Translations under genes and position numbers: made by a program | The notes under the pieces: model-generated | What the model was told of the DNA's origin: nothing | Database searches by the model: none | Seen by the model: the letters and a program-made list of their open reading frames with translations, nothing else | From: Waddliaceae bacterium | Lineage (GTDB): Bacteria > Chlamydiota > Chlamydiia > Chlamydiales > Waddliaceae | Reading direction: 5' to 3' | Length of the DNA stretch: 64,000 nucleotides | NCBI GenBank assembly: GCA_963724325.1 | Contig: CAVRUH010000001.1 | Location: 1,024,001-1,088,000, forward strand | Shown here: positions 9,615-20,538 of the stretch, in pieces | Position numbering within the stretch: the first letter of the stretch is position 1 | How the letters are laid out: every line of letters begins with the position of its first letter

Positions 9615-10484
9615 ATGAACTTTGAAATTTCGACGAAGATGATGCAGGTTGGCGATATGGAATTTGAAATCGATATATGCGGGGACCAAACCAGTGAAAA
9701 ATTAGCTTTATTTTTACACGGCTTTCCCGAAACTCCTCATGCTTGGCGCCATCAGATGCCTCTCTTGGCCAAAATGGGATATAAATGCTGGGCCCCCAGC
9801 CAAAGAGGGTATGGCAAAACTAGCTCGCCAAAAGCTATTGCTTCCTACAAAATGGAATTGCTAGTCGATGACGTAGCAAAAATCATTGACGAAGCTAAAT
9901 GCAAATCAGTCACTCTTATAGGACACGACTGGGGTGCCGCTGTAGCATGGCAATTTGCACTAAAACTCCCTAGACCTTTAGATAAATTAATTATAATGAA
10001 TGTTCCCCACCCAGCGATTTTTGCCCTTGAAATAAAAAAATTCAGACAACTCAAAAAATCATGGTACATGTTTTTCTTTCAGCTTCCTAAATTACCCGAA
10101 TATTTACTCACTCGTAACAATGCAGAAGCAATTGAAAAATTAATGCATAAATCCTTTGTCGATAAAACCAGAATTTCTCAATATGATATTGAAGTCTACA
10201 GAAAGAATGCATTGAGGCCAGACGGGATGAATGCTATGCTGAATTGGTACAGAGCTGCATTTCGTGCCCTGCGAACAAATGCAAATTTTAAAATCATTGA
10301 AATTCCCACACTCCTAATTTGGGGAGAACAGGATTCAGCACTCGGAATAAATCTGTCCAAAGGAACCGAAAAATATGTTAAGGATTTTACTCTTCAATAT
10401 ATTCCCGATGCAGGCCATTTTGTCCAAGAAGATAATCCAAAACGAACCAACGAGTTGCTTTTAGCATGGTTGGAAAAACAATGA
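9615..10484 (+). CDS. Alpha/beta hydrolase (epoxide hydrolase-like)
   Basis: HGFPE, GHDWG nucleophile elbow, WGEQD, GHFVQ. Confidence 0.9.
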   Translation: MNFEISTKMMQVGDMEFEIDICGDQTSEKLALFLHGFPETPHAWRHQMPLLAKMGYKCWAPSQRGYGKTSSPKAIASYKMELLVDDVAKIIDEAKCKSVTLIGHDWGAAVAWQFALKLPRPLDKLIIMNVPHPAIFALEIKKFRQLKKSWYMFFFQLPKLPEYLLTRNNAEAIEKLMHKSFVDKTRISQYDIEVYRKNALRPDGMNAMLNWYRAAFRALRTNANFKIIEIPTLLIWGEQDSALGINLSKGTEKYVKDFTLQYIPDAGHFVQEDNPKRTNELLLAWLEKQ

Positions 10485-10518
10485 TAATCCTAAAAAACTT
10501 GAATAATGCCGAAAAAAA

Positions 10519-10752
10519 ACAGGATAAGCAGGATCGCAAGCGGCAGGATATGGATGATGTATGAAATTTATTTTATTACTATTCTGCATATCTCATACGC
10601 ATCAACCTAAAAAAAATTTAACACCGAATTCGCCGAGGAAACAGAGGTAGCAGAGAGAACTATTTTACACTCAATGACCTCTCTTGTGTTCTCCGTGATC
10701 TCTGTGGTAAAAGATATTTTTAGGTTGATAAGTATGGCTGCATATCCTGTTT
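10519..10752. repeat. Nested repeat: family-1 arms enclosing a family-2 (CAGAG/CTCTGTGG) element
   Basis: Outer AACAGGATAAGCAGGATCGCAAGCGG ... GCTGCATATCCTGTT; inner CATACGCATCAACCTAAAA ... TTTTAGGTTGATAAGTATG. Confidence 0.75.
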
Positions 10753-10814
10753 TCTTTGATAATGAAGTCACAAGATTGGCCTGATCGCAGTCTGCAGTAT
10801 AAGGTAGGAACAAA

Positions 10815-11667
10815 ATGATGAAAAGTTTGTTGTTATTAATATGTTTGGTGGCATTCAGTGTGAATGCTGAAGACGATTTCCCATTAAAAATTGGAAATTT
10901 CTCGCTGCCTACATCTCAACAACCAGGGCCCTTGGTGGGTATTGGCGAAAATATTATTGACAAGGGTCAAACACAGGTATTTATCTTCGCTGACGCTACA
11001 GTTGGTAATAAAAATTATAGAACCGATGTCATCCCGAGCATATTGTATGCCTTCACTGATGAATTCTCGATTTTTATAAATTTTCCTGTGGCTCCGTCAT
11101 ATAAGGAACATCAGCACCATTCTTCCGGCTTGGAAGATTTTTACGTGCAGCTAGAATATGCCTTCTATAATACAAAAGATATAGGTAGTACTGTCCAGGC
11201 AACTGTTGTGGGAAATATCACTTTTCCAACGGGATCAAGCAGTAAAAAACCCCCAACGGGTTTTGGATCTCCCAGCTTTTTGGCAGGGACAACCATCAAT
11301 TACATGACCTTTGACTGGTTTTATTTTGGATCCTTGAGTGGAATTTTACACTACATCTTATCATGGAACTCAATTTGGCAATCAATATCAATATGAATGC
11401 GGCATTGGAAAATGTTTCTGGGCTCCTCCTGGATGGATTTTTGCTTGGATGTTGGAATTGGATGGCGTATATGCCGGTAAAAATAAAATCAATGGTTGGC
11501 GTGATAGAAATTCCGGAGGTAATACAATTTACATTACTCCCTCGATATGGATTTCTAATGAGAAACTGGTATTGCAGTTAGGTATTGGACCCGAGTTTCA
11601 AGAACTAAATGGCCACCAACCGAAGCAATACTATTCAGCAGATTTAAATCTCGGTTATACTTTTTAA
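10815..11667 (+). pseudogene. Outer-membrane beta-barrel 'transporter'-like protein, frameshifted near 11350
   Basis: Signal peptide in 10815-11396; continuation 11338-11667 ends in the barrel signature LNLGYTF. Confidence 0.65.
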
Positions 11668-11674
11668 ATGAAAT

Positions 11675-11747
11675 CGGACTGAGCAGGATTCGAACCTGCG
11701 ACCACCCGCTTAGAAGGCGGGTGCTCTATCCACTGAGCTATCAGTCC
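11675..11747 (-). tRNA. tRNA-Arg (anticodon TCT)
   Basis: Reverse complement GGACTGATAGCTCAGTGGATAGAGCACCCGCCT-TCT-AAGCGGGTGGTCGCAGGTTCGAATCCTGCTCAGTCCG; CCA not encoded. Confidence 0.95.
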
Positions 11748-11829
11748 TAATAGATATGGAAATCTTACCTGTTTGGCAAGAAAAACTCAAGGCTTTTATT
11801 TTAATTCGTTTTCATGTATATTTATGCCT

Positions 11830-12656
<827 letters not shown>

Positions 12657-12660
12657 CTTT

Positions 12661-13338
12661 ATGGAATTTCGCAGATCTTTCCTTTGGCCTGCCATAGCCT
12701 CAGTTTTTCTTGCATCAGTATCTGTTTTTCTCTATTTTCTTTGTTATTCTAGCACTAATCACGAGGCATATCAAAAAATATTAGACGAAAGTACATTGAA
12801 TGCAAAAGAATTCCACGGTACGACAAAGCAGCAAAGAAGACAGGTTGTAAAGGATATTTGGTTTACTCGAGATAATATGCCTCTGCAGTTACATCTGAGC
12901 AGTGCGGACTCCGAATTAGTTTTTGAACACGAAGGAGCTGGCTCTGCCATTATTGAAAAGATGATGGATGTTGTCTGTTATGTTCAAGAAGAGCTCTATT
13001 TTGTACTGGACGATGGCAGCGAAGTAATAAAAGATGCCTCAGAAAACTGGGTCATGAAGGATAGTCCTGAAACTGTGATGCAGGAAGGGGACCCGCGCCT
13101 TCAGCCAATGCAGAGAATCAGATATATTTTGGCAGACTGTGCAACCTATCATTTTCAAAGTGGTCTTTTGGTTGCAAAAGAGGTGCGTCTGTCGCAGTAT
13201 GCCATTCCTGGTCACACATTGGTTAATTCCGTCGAAGGTAAGAAAGCAACTATGAGCGCAAGGGCGGAATCTTTGGAAATATCTTTGTTGAGTAGAGGTT
13301 TATCCTTTAATGCTAAGAAAATGAACGCAACATTTTGA
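12661..13338 (+). CDS. LptC-like membrane-anchored protein
   Basis: N-terminal TM helix; position in kdsA-lptC-lptA-lptB block. Confidence 0.55.
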   Translation: MEFRRSFLWPAIASVFLASVSVFLYFLCYSSTNHEAYQKILDESTLNAKEFHGTTKQQRRQVVKDIWFTRDNMPLQLHLSSADSELVFEHEGAGSAIIEKMMDVVCYVQEELYFVLDDGSEVIKDASENWVMKDSPETVMQEGDPRLQPMQRIRYILADCATYHFQSGLLVAKEVRLSQYAIPGHTLVNSVEGKKATMSARAESLEISLLSRGLSFNAKKMNATF

Positions 13339-14393
13339 GAGGACACTTGAAAACTATTTTTTTATTACTCATCGTACCCTTCGCCGTTCATTCTACGGAA
13401 TTATCTATTCTTGGATCCGACAACGCAAACTATAATGGCGAAATCATGTCTCTATCAGGCGGTGTTGCTTTAGAAAATGATTTTGGAAAAGTTTCTGCCA
13501 ACGAAATCATTCTTCATCCTGCAGAAAGTGGAAGCAAAATGAAATTTAGTTCACTGGAATTGAATGGAGATGTCGTCTTTACTATCAAAGAAAATGGGAC
13601 GATTGAATGCGAAAGCGCCAAAATGGACCTAATAAAAAAACAAGGGGCGTTTTTGGCAAAAAACGCTGATGAATTTGTCTCTTATACAGAATTAGTCAAA
13701 GGAAATGTTCCCATATCATTGCAGGGTCGTAGAATGCTATTTGAACTTGAAGGGGAGTATTCCATGAAACTCATTCGAGTCGAACAAGATGTCACCATCT
13801 CATATAAAGAAAATCTACTCGTTTCAGGCGATTTAGGAATATATGACTGTAAGGAACATACTTTTACCCTGATTCCCCAAGGGGAAGGAAGAGTATGTAA
13901 TATTTCCGATCCTGAAGGAGGCTTTTCATTGGTCTGTCCTGGAGAAATCAAAGTTGATAAACAAAACCAACAGATCATCCTCAAAAGTGAAGATGAGCAA
14001 ATATTCTACAGTGACGGCTTGGGGAAAGCCTATGCCAACCAAATGATTTTGGAATATAATACCTCAACAGAACCCCAAAAACTTACTCTTTTAGGAAATG
14101 TTCGCATTCTGAATCGCGAAGGGGTCCTCACACAATACGTATTGGCTGACCGTGCGGAGTATTTATTTGATCAATTTCAAATGAGCTTTAGTGCTGAAAA
14201 GGGGAATCGGGTGATTTTATACGACCGACCAAATAATCTTGAGGTGAGTGCGCCAGGATTAAAAATTACCCGAAATCCAGAAACCAAAAAGGATTCCATT
14301 CAGGGATTTGGAGATGTTCGCTTTGAATTAGTTGAGGAAGAAATCGAATTATTAAAAAAGCGTTTCCTTATAGAAAGAAATCAGATAGAATAG
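13335..14393 (+). CDS. LptA/OstA-like periplasmic beta-jellyroll protein
   Basis: Signal peptide, beta-rich repeats (LSGGVAL, LNGDVVF, LLGNVRI), directly upstream of lptB. Confidence 0.6.
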   Translation: MRGHLKTIFLLLIVPFAVHSTELSILGSDNANYNGEIMSLSGGVALENDFGKVSANEIILHPAESGSKMKFSSLELNGDVVFTIKENGTIECESAKMDLIKKQGAFLAKNADEFVSYTELVKGNVPISLQGRRMLFELEGEYSMKLIRVEQDVTISYKENLLVSGDLGIYDCKEHTFTLIPQGEGRVCNISDPEGGFSLVCPGEIKVDKQNQQIILKSEDEQIFYSDGLGKAYANQMILEYNTSTEPQKLTLLGNVRILNREGVLTQYVLADRAEYLFDQFQMSFSAEKGNRVILYDRPNNLEVSAPGLKITRNPETKKDSIQGFGDVRFELVEEEIELLKKRFLIERNQIE

Positions 14394-14397
14394 TGAT

Positions 14398-15129
14398 ATG
14401 TCAAATACACTTTGTTTAGATGTTAGAGGTCTTGAAAAATCCTACAGCGGCCAGCCTGTAGTGAATGGTTTATCCTTTCAAGTTAAGGAAGGAGAGATCG
14501 TCGGCTTATTAGGTCCTAACGGCGCCGGTAAAACCACAGCATTTTACATGACCGTAGGTCTCATTTCGCCCGATGCCGGAAAAGTTATCTTCAAAGGAAC
14601 CGATGTTTCTACCTATCCAATGCACCAGCGAGCCCGCATGGGGATGGGATACCTTGCGCAGGAACCCTCGGTGTTCAGACAACTAACTGTCGAAGAAAAT
14701 ATTTTGTGTATTCTAGAAAATCTTTCAATGACAAAAATTGAAAGAAAGAGACGTTTAGAGCAACTCCTTGAAGAGTTGCGTCTCACATCTTTGGCAAAGA
14801 AAAAAGCAATTGCTCTGTCAGGCGGAGAAAGGCGCAGATTGGAAATTACACGCGCATTGGTGACCAATCCCACACTCCTTATGCTTGACGAACCCTTTGC
14901 AAATATAGACCCAATTTCCGTGCACGAAGTAAAAGAAATGATCTCACACCTCTCCCAAAGAGGAATCAGCATCCTCATCACAGATCACAATGCACGGGAA
15001 ATTTTTTCCATAGTCAATCGCAGTTACATCGTCTGTGCAGGAAAAGTAATGCTCTCCGGCACGATCGACGAACTCATTCACAACGAAGAAGCCAAGAGAA
15101 CATACCTCGGCGAACACTTTAAGATGTAA
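14398..15129 (+). CDS. lptB: LPS export ABC ATPase
   Basis: GPNGAGKTT, YLAQEPSVFRQLTVEEN, LSGGERRRLEI, ILITDHN. Confidence 0.95.
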   Translation: MSNTLCLDVRGLEKSYSGQPVVNGLSFQVKEGEIVGLLGPNGAGKTTAFYMTVGLISPDAGKVIFKGTDVSTYPMHQRARMGMGYLAQEPSVFRQLTVEENILCILENLSMTKIERKRRLEQLLEELRLTSLAKKKAIALSGGERRRLEITRALVTNPTLLMLDEPFANIDPISVHEVKEMISHLSQRGISILITDHNAREIFSIVNRSYIVCAGKVMLSGTIDELIHNEEAKRTYLGEHFKM

Positions 15130-15193
15130 AAATAGTATTGACAATTTTTGTTTCACACCTCATATATGATTCTTTTTACACAGGAGATTCTAT

Positions 15194-16030
15194 ATGAAGA
15201 AATTAGTAGTATTTTGTTTACTTTCAATTGTCAGCGGATTGCACGCTCAGATCCCAGGTGTGATCAGTGATGAATTGGAGTATGTTGACTGCACCATCCT
15301 TCCAAAAGGAGCACATTCACTTGGATCTCGTTCGGGGAAGCATGCGAGCAATCCTCACATGCCGGAGTACACAAGCGGCACCAGTACAAACTGGAGCGGT
15401 TACGTCGCTGCGACGAAATTAAATAATCCAGGATCTAGGTCGGTGACCGGAGTAACAGGATCATGGACAGTACCTACTCTTTCTAGCACAGCTGGAAACA
15501 GTTATTGTGCCATTTGGGTTGGTATTGATGGCTATTCAAATAGTACAGTTGAACAAATCGGTACAGGTCATGACTGGGTGAGTGGAAGTCAGTCCAATTA
15601 TGCTTGGTTTGAAATGTATCCTCAGTGGGCATATGAAATTGTTGGATTTCCAGTCAATGATGGGGACGTGATCACAGCATCAGTCCAGTATCAAAGCGGA
15701 AGTACTTTTGTTTTATCCATCACAAACGTAACCCACAGAGTTACCACGGTTGTGCCAAGTATTTATACAAAGTCGTCTTCTGCAAAAAGAAGTTCTGCTG
15801 AATGGATTGTGGAGGCTCCTTATGAAAATGGTGTTCTTCCATTGTCAGATTTCGGAGTTATCTCTATGACCAATTGTTCTGCAACGATCAATAATACAAC
15901 GGGAAAAATCAATAATTCCCATTGGCAAAACGAGTCATTAACTATGGTAACTTCTAATCATATTGTAAAAGCCCTTCCATCTAATTTATCCAATGGAAAT
16001 GCCTTCACAGTAACTTGGGAACATGAATAA
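15194..16030 (+). CDS. Secreted G1-family glutamic endopeptidase (eqolisin/peptidase A4)
   Basis: Signal peptide; STNWSGY, WVGIDG, VEQIGT, YAWFEMYP, SSAEWIVEAP. Confidence 0.9.
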   Translation: MKKLVVFCLLSIVSGLHAQIPGVISDELEYVDCTILPKGAHSLGSRSGKHASNPHMPEYTSGTSTNWSGYVAATKLNNPGSRSVTGVTGSWTVPTLSSTAGNSYCAIWVGIDGYSNSTVEQIGTGHDWVSGSQSNYAWFEMYPQWAYEIVGFPVNDGDVITASVQYQSGSTFVLSITNVTHRVTTVVPSIYTKSSSAKRSSAEWIVEAPYENGVLPLSDFGVISMTNCSATINNTTGKINNSHWQNESLTMVTSNHIVKALPSNLSNGNAFTVTWEHE

Positions 16031-16048
16031 TATTTAGTTCAATAACAA

Positions 16049-16078
16049 AAAGGACCTAAATATTATTTTAGGTCCTTT
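16049..16078. terminator. Bidirectional intrinsic terminator
   Basis: AAAGGACCTAAA...TTTAGGTCCTTT between convergent genes. Confidence 0.65.
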
Positions 16079-17405
16079 ATCTTTTTAGATTTCTCGTCAA
16101 TCTGGGAAGCTCTTCAATAAGGTAGAATGGTATTGAAAGTATCTCACCATTATAGGAAAGAGGTAATTCTGAAATACGAACTCCGAGATTTAGCTTTCTT
16201 TCTTCAAGGAAAAGCTTCAGTGAGCGAAGAGTGCCAACGGCACCCGCTTTTACCTCAATAGGAACTATTAAGGAATCTACGGCAATTAAAAAATCTATTT
16301 CAGCGCTGCTGCTTTTTTCTTCCCGTTTCCATGCATAAAGACCATTAGTTTCGTCTGCTTCAATACAAGCTAAAAGCTCTTGTCCCACAAACTGTTCTGC
16401 TAAAGCCCCTCTATTAATAAGCATAAGGTCCTCATTAAATAGCAATTCAAGGCCAAGATTGCAGGCACGTTGAACGAGCCCCACATCGAGAAAGAGAAAT
16501 TTGCATTTTTTTTCATTGATATGTGTGATAAATGGGAGGCCCGTTCCTGAAGTTGCGTATACCAAAATTATCAATCCAGCATCACACAGTTTCCGAAGCG
16601 CATTTTTTAATACGGCAGACGTGGTTTCAGGATCTATAGTTGTGTACTTTAACCACTGTCCAATTAGGCCCGGAGCCTTTGCAAAGATTGTTTGCATATG
16701 AACGTGGGGAGTTCTTCCCGAATATTTTCCAAAATCCTTTCTAAATGTTGTCAAAAGAGCGGTTTGAATGGTTTGACATTGTGAAAAATTTTTGGATGCA
16801 AGGAATTCTGCAACCACGGCCGGCATTCCTCCGAGTGCAAAATATTCCCGCACTAATTCAAGCAGGCGTTCGTGAACAGCCAATTCTATAGTGTCTTCAA
16901 TATGGACCGTTTTTAGATGCATTCTCAGCTTTGAATTACCCGAGGCATCAAGATATTCTCCGAAAGATAATGGTCTTAAATACATGAATTGCACACGTCC
17001 AACAGGCATGCGAAAATGAGAATCATTCAGTACAAATTCAAGTAATGACCCTGCTCCAATAATGTGTAGAGATTGCATTTGTTCTTTAAAATAGCGAAGG
17101 GCCATGATGGCCTGAGGACATTCTTGTATTTCATCTAAGAATAAAAGGGTTTTTCCTGGGGTTATCGTTGATCCTGTTACAAGTTCAATGGAATTGATAA
17201 TTTTTATGGGTTCGAGAGTTATAAAACAATTTTTGTATTCCGGATGTTCTTCAAAATTTAGGATTACACAATTTACAAAGGAATCTTTTCCAAACTTTTC
17301 AACAATGTGAGTTTTTCCAACTTGTCGTGCACCGCGCAGAAGCAGAGGCATTCGCCTATCATAATTTTTCCATAGCAATAAGTGTTGTTCAATATCTCTC
17401 TTCAT
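16077..17405 (-). CDS. AAA+ ATPase with C-terminal DUF4143 (PD-(D/E)xK-like) domain
   Basis: GARQVGKT, LFLDEIQ, GRV, EIDFL...PIEVK; likely start MKRDIEQ at 17405 (track start 17432). Confidence 0.85.
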   Translation of the reverse strand: MKRDIEQHLLLWKNYDRRMPLLLRGARQVGKTHIVEKFGKDSFVNCVILNFEEHPEYKNCFITLEPIKIINSIELVTGSTITPGKTLLFLDEIQECPQAIMALRYFKEQMQSLHIIGAGSLLEFVLNDSHFRMPVGRVQFMYLRPLSFGEYLDASGNSKLRMHLKTVHIEDTIELAVHERLLELVREYFALGGMPAVVAEFLASKNFSQCQTIQTALLTTFRKDFGKYSGRTPHVHMQTIFAKAPGLIGQWLKYTTIDPETTSAVLKNALRKLCDAGLIILVYATSGTGLPFITHINEKKCKFLFLDVGLVQRACNLGLELLFNEDLMLINRGALAEQFVGQELLACIEADETNGLYAWKREEKSSSAEIDFLIAVDSLIVPIEVKAGAVGTLRSLKLFLEERKLNLGVRISELPLSYNGEILSIPFYLIEELPRLTRNLKR

Positions 17406-17406
17406 A

Positions 17407-17482
17407 CCTTGTAAAATATCACATAGATTCATTTTTTACAAGGCAATTTCATAAGTCTGCTATTGTTTTTACAAGGCAATTT
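17407..17482. promoter_or_regulatory. Operator-like repeats TTTTACAAGG (x3) upstream of the ATPase gene
   Basis: Direct copies at 17434 and 17467, inverted copy at 17407. Confidence 0.55.
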
Positions 17483-17500
17483 TCTTTTCCTTTGTCGAAT

Positions 17501-18604
17501 TTAGATCAATTGAGAGGCAATGGTATCGTAAAAAAGGATGCCTTTCGAGGTGAGTTTAAGTTGATTGTTAGCTTTTTTTAGGAATCCATCTTGCATAAGC
17601 GATTCAATGGATTGCAATGTTGAATTATCGACGGGGAAATTGTCTAAATTGACACCTTCTAAAATGCGAATGCCTATGACTAGCAATTCTCGTACTTTAG
17701 CATCTGCGACAAGATCTTCTTGAAAATCGACGGGCGACTCCCCATTCTCAAGCATTTTGCAGTATTTATTGAGATTTTCAATGTTGCGAAAGCGCTTGCC
17801 TTTCCAATAACTAAATGCAGAGGGCCCCATGCCCAAAAAAGGGCGACCCTGCCAATACCCTATATTATGTCTGGAATACGCTCCATCGCGCGCGAAAGCT
17901 GAAATTTCATATTGTTTGAGTCCTGCATCATCAAACTTTGCAAGAGCCATCTCATACATTTCTTTACTATCCTCATGAGAAGGCAGTAACTTTTCCAATG
18001 AGTCCCTTTTTTTGTAGTAAACCGTGCGAGGTTCTATTGTCAGATTGTAAAGTGATAAGTGTTTAATAGGAAGTCTGCAGGCCTCCAGCAGGGTGTTTTC
18101 CCACATTTTTAACGACTGCCCAGGTAAATCATACATCAAATCAATAGAAATATTCTCAATGCCCGCCTCATAAGTTCCATGAATGGCATCAATGGCCTTT
18201 TTTGCTGAATGTTCTCGAGAAAGTACTGTGAGAAGGTTTTCATTCAAAGACTGTACGCCGATGCTGACTCGATTAATGCCTGCCTGTTTATATGCTGACA
18301 TTAGGTCGCGGGTGATATTTTCTGGATTGGCCTCAAGAGTGATCTCACAATCCGGTGAGATGTTTGAAACCAAACTTAATAGATGTTCTATCCTGTCCGG
18401 CCCAAAAAGCGCAGGAGTTCCTCCTCCAAAGTAAACGGAGACTATCTTTTTACCGACGAAATTGTGTTTGATTAGTTCCCACTCAGTTGAGAGCCCCTTA
18501 AGCAACAGGGTTTTATGGTCATCTTTGTCGGGAATGACATAAAAATGGCAATAATCGCACTTTTTTTTGCAAAAGGGGATATGAATGTATAATGAAGCTT
18601 CCAC
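17501..18604 (-). CDS. hemW: Radical SAM heme chaperone HemW (HemN-like)
   Basis: SLYIHIPFCKKKCDYCHF, GGGTP, EITLEANP, YEISAFA. Confidence 0.9.
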   Translation of the reverse strand: MEASLYIHIPFCKKKCDYCHFYVIPDKDDHKTLLLKGLSTEWELIKHNFVGKKIVSVYFGGGTPALFGPDRIEHLLSLVSNISPDCEITLEANPENITRDLMSAYKQAGINRVSIGVQSLNENLLTVLSREHSAKKAIDAIHGTYEAGIENISIDLMYDLPGQSLKMWENTLLEACRLPIKHLSLYNLTIEPRTVYYKKRDSLEKLLPSHEDSKEMYEMALAKFDDAGLKQYEISAFARDGAYSRHNIGYWQGRPFLGMGPSAFSYWKGKRFRNIENLNKYCKMLENGESPVDFQEDLVADAKVRELLVIGIRILEGVNLDNFPVDNSTLQSIESLMQDGFLKKANNQLKLTSKGILFYDTIASQLI

Positions 18605-18610
18605 TATTGA

Positions 18611-19072
18611 CTACCATACGTCGGCGTCGGGGTCTACGATCCCTTCTCTCCAGCGCTTTGGGTTGAAGTAGGTGCTTTCTTCTTCTTCGGTGGCTGTGGC
18701 TTCTTCTTCATCATCTTCTTTTTCTTCGATGATTGAATTGTCGCCGGTGCCAGATTCCATTTCAGTAGAGTAGTGGGTATCGGCGCCCCCCATTCCTGTT
18801 TCACCAGCATCGATGTCTGGAATAGTTGGCATTTCGGTATAGCCGGCGCGGGTGGGTGCTCTTTTTGGAGTTACATATTCTTCGCCTTCGCCGCTTTCTT
18901 TGAGAAACGAGAGTCTTTCTCTTTCTTCGTCGATTTTTGCTTTTATATTTAGAATTTCTTCCTGATGCTTAGTGATATCCCGTTTAGGAACTAGGCCTAA
19001 TTTGAGCCATTGTTCAAGGTCGTTGAGTTCGACTTCAAGTTTTTTAAGTCTTTCACTTTTAAAGTGTTTCAT
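18611..19072 (-). CDS. Chlamydia-specific protein similar to C. trachomatis CT053
   Basis: KSERLKKLEVELNDLEQWLKLGLVPK...EEYVTP N-terminus (recalled CT053 similarity), acidic tail, adjacent to hemW. Confidence 0.75.
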   Translation of the reverse strand: MKHFKSERLKKLEVELNDLEQWLKLGLVPKRDITKHQEEILNIKAKIDEERERLSFLKESGEGEEYVTPKRAPTRAGYTEMPTIPDIDAGETGMGGADTHYSTEMESGTGDNSIIEEKEDDEEEATATEEEESTYFNPKRWREGIVDPDADVW

Positions 19073-19285
19073 TTCTTATCCATAGTGTTAATAGTTAAAA
19101 ATCCCTGCACCGCTCCAAAAATTAATGCCCGTGTTGTTATTAGTAGAATTCTTTTTAATTTTTCACAAGTTATTTTTGTGAAAACTGGAAAAAATAGTAC
19201 GGTTCAGAGGCCGGAATTATAGAACATCTTACGAATTAAGTGCAATAGTATTTTTGCCATACGAAATTTTTTTGAAAATGTCTTG

Positions 19286-19330
19286 ATTTTACTCAATATA
19301 TTGAGTAAAATTACTCAATAGAGCGAGTAA
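19286..19330. promoter_or_regulatory. Tandem palindromic operator-like site
   Basis: ATTTTACTCAATATATTGAGTAAAAT followed by TTACTCAATAGAGCGAGTAA, just before the GGAGG RBS. Confidence 0.6.
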
Positions 19331-19347
19331 AAGATTGGAGGTCAAAA

Positions 19348-20538
19348 TTGAAGAAACGTCCTATATTTCAGCAACTGTTAAAGAGACTTGAGGAACCGCG
19401 AAAATTCATACAAGTACTATTAGGCCCACGGCAAGTTGGAAAAACGACCCTTGCTTTACAGGCCGCTGAAACAATTAATCAACCGTACCATTACTGCTCG
19501 GCAGATCTTGTTACGCTTCAAAACCTCTCTTGGCTTGAGCTTGAATGGGGAACTGCGCGCGAAATGGTTAGGGGAGGAGGTAGTGGACTTCTCATTATAG
19601 ATGAAGTACAAAAAATACCCCGCTGGTCCGAAGTTATTAAATCATTATGGGATGAAGATACAAGAAACCAAATAAATTTACGTGTTATGATTCTTGGGTC
19701 ATCTCCGTGGCTTATACAAAAAGGAATGACTGAAAGTCTGGCAGGCCGATTTGAGGTCCTGCCGATCACGCATTGGTCCTTTCATGAAATGAATTTGTCA
19801 TTTGGTTATTCATTGGAACAATATATTTATTTTGGAGGTTATCCTGGTGCTGCCTCCCTGGCAGACATACATGACTCAGGACGGTGGATGCATTATATTA
19901 ATGACTCATTAATCGAAACTACCATTTCAAGAGACATACTTTTAATGACGCAAGTTAATAAACCCGTTCTATTGAGGCGACTATTCCAGTTAGGTGCGAC
20001 ATACTCAGGACAAATTCTTTCATATACAAAGATGTTAGGTGAACTACAAGATGCTGGAAATACCACTACATTGGCTCATTACCTTGAACTATTATCAGGT
20101 GCTGGTCTAATAGGAGGAATCCAGAAATATGCCTCGCAAAAAGTAAGGCAAAAGGGCTCCAGTCCAAAATTGTGTGTGTATAACACGGCGCTTATGAGCG
20201 CTCAGACTCTAAAATCCTTTGCCGAGGCAAAGGATGACCGAGCATATTGGGGTCATTTGGTTGAATCGGCGGTGGGTGCCTATTTGTTAAATAGCATAAG
20301 GGGCACTTCAATAGAGCTGTTCTATTGGCGTGAAGGGGATCGAGAAGTTGATTTTGTCTTGAGAAAGGGTGTGCACTTGATTGCAGTTGAGGTTAAGAGC
20401 GGAATTGGTTCGATTCGAAAGTCTGCGTTGGATGAATTTATAAAATCGTACGAACCTTTTCGTGTCATCTTAGTAGGAGAGGGGGGAATCCCGTTAGATA
20501 AATTTCTAAGAATCTCCGTCAATGAATTGTTTACTTGA
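19348..20538 (+). CDS. AAA+ ATPase with DUF4143 domain
   Basis: GPRQVGKT, IIDEVQK, ESLAGRF, EVDFV...AVEVKSG. Confidence 0.85.
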   Translation: MKKRPIFQQLLKRLEEPRKFIQVLLGPRQVGKTTLALQAAETINQPYHYCSADLVTLQNLSWLELEWGTAREMVRGGGSGLLIIDEVQKIPRWSEVIKSLWDEDTRNQINLRVMILGSSPWLIQKGMTESLAGRFEVLPITHWSFHEMNLSFGYSLEQYIYFGGYPGAASLADIHDSGRWMHYINDSLIETTISRDILLMTQVNKPVLLRRLFQLGATYSGQILSYTKMLGELQDAGNTTTLAHYLELLSGAGLIGGIQKYASQKVRQKGSSPKLCVYNTALMSAQTLKSFAEAKDDRAYWGHLVESAVGAYLLNSIRGTSIELFYWREGDREVDFVLRKGVHLIAVEVKSGIGSIRKSALDEFIKSYEPFRVILVGEGGIPLDKFLRISVNELFT

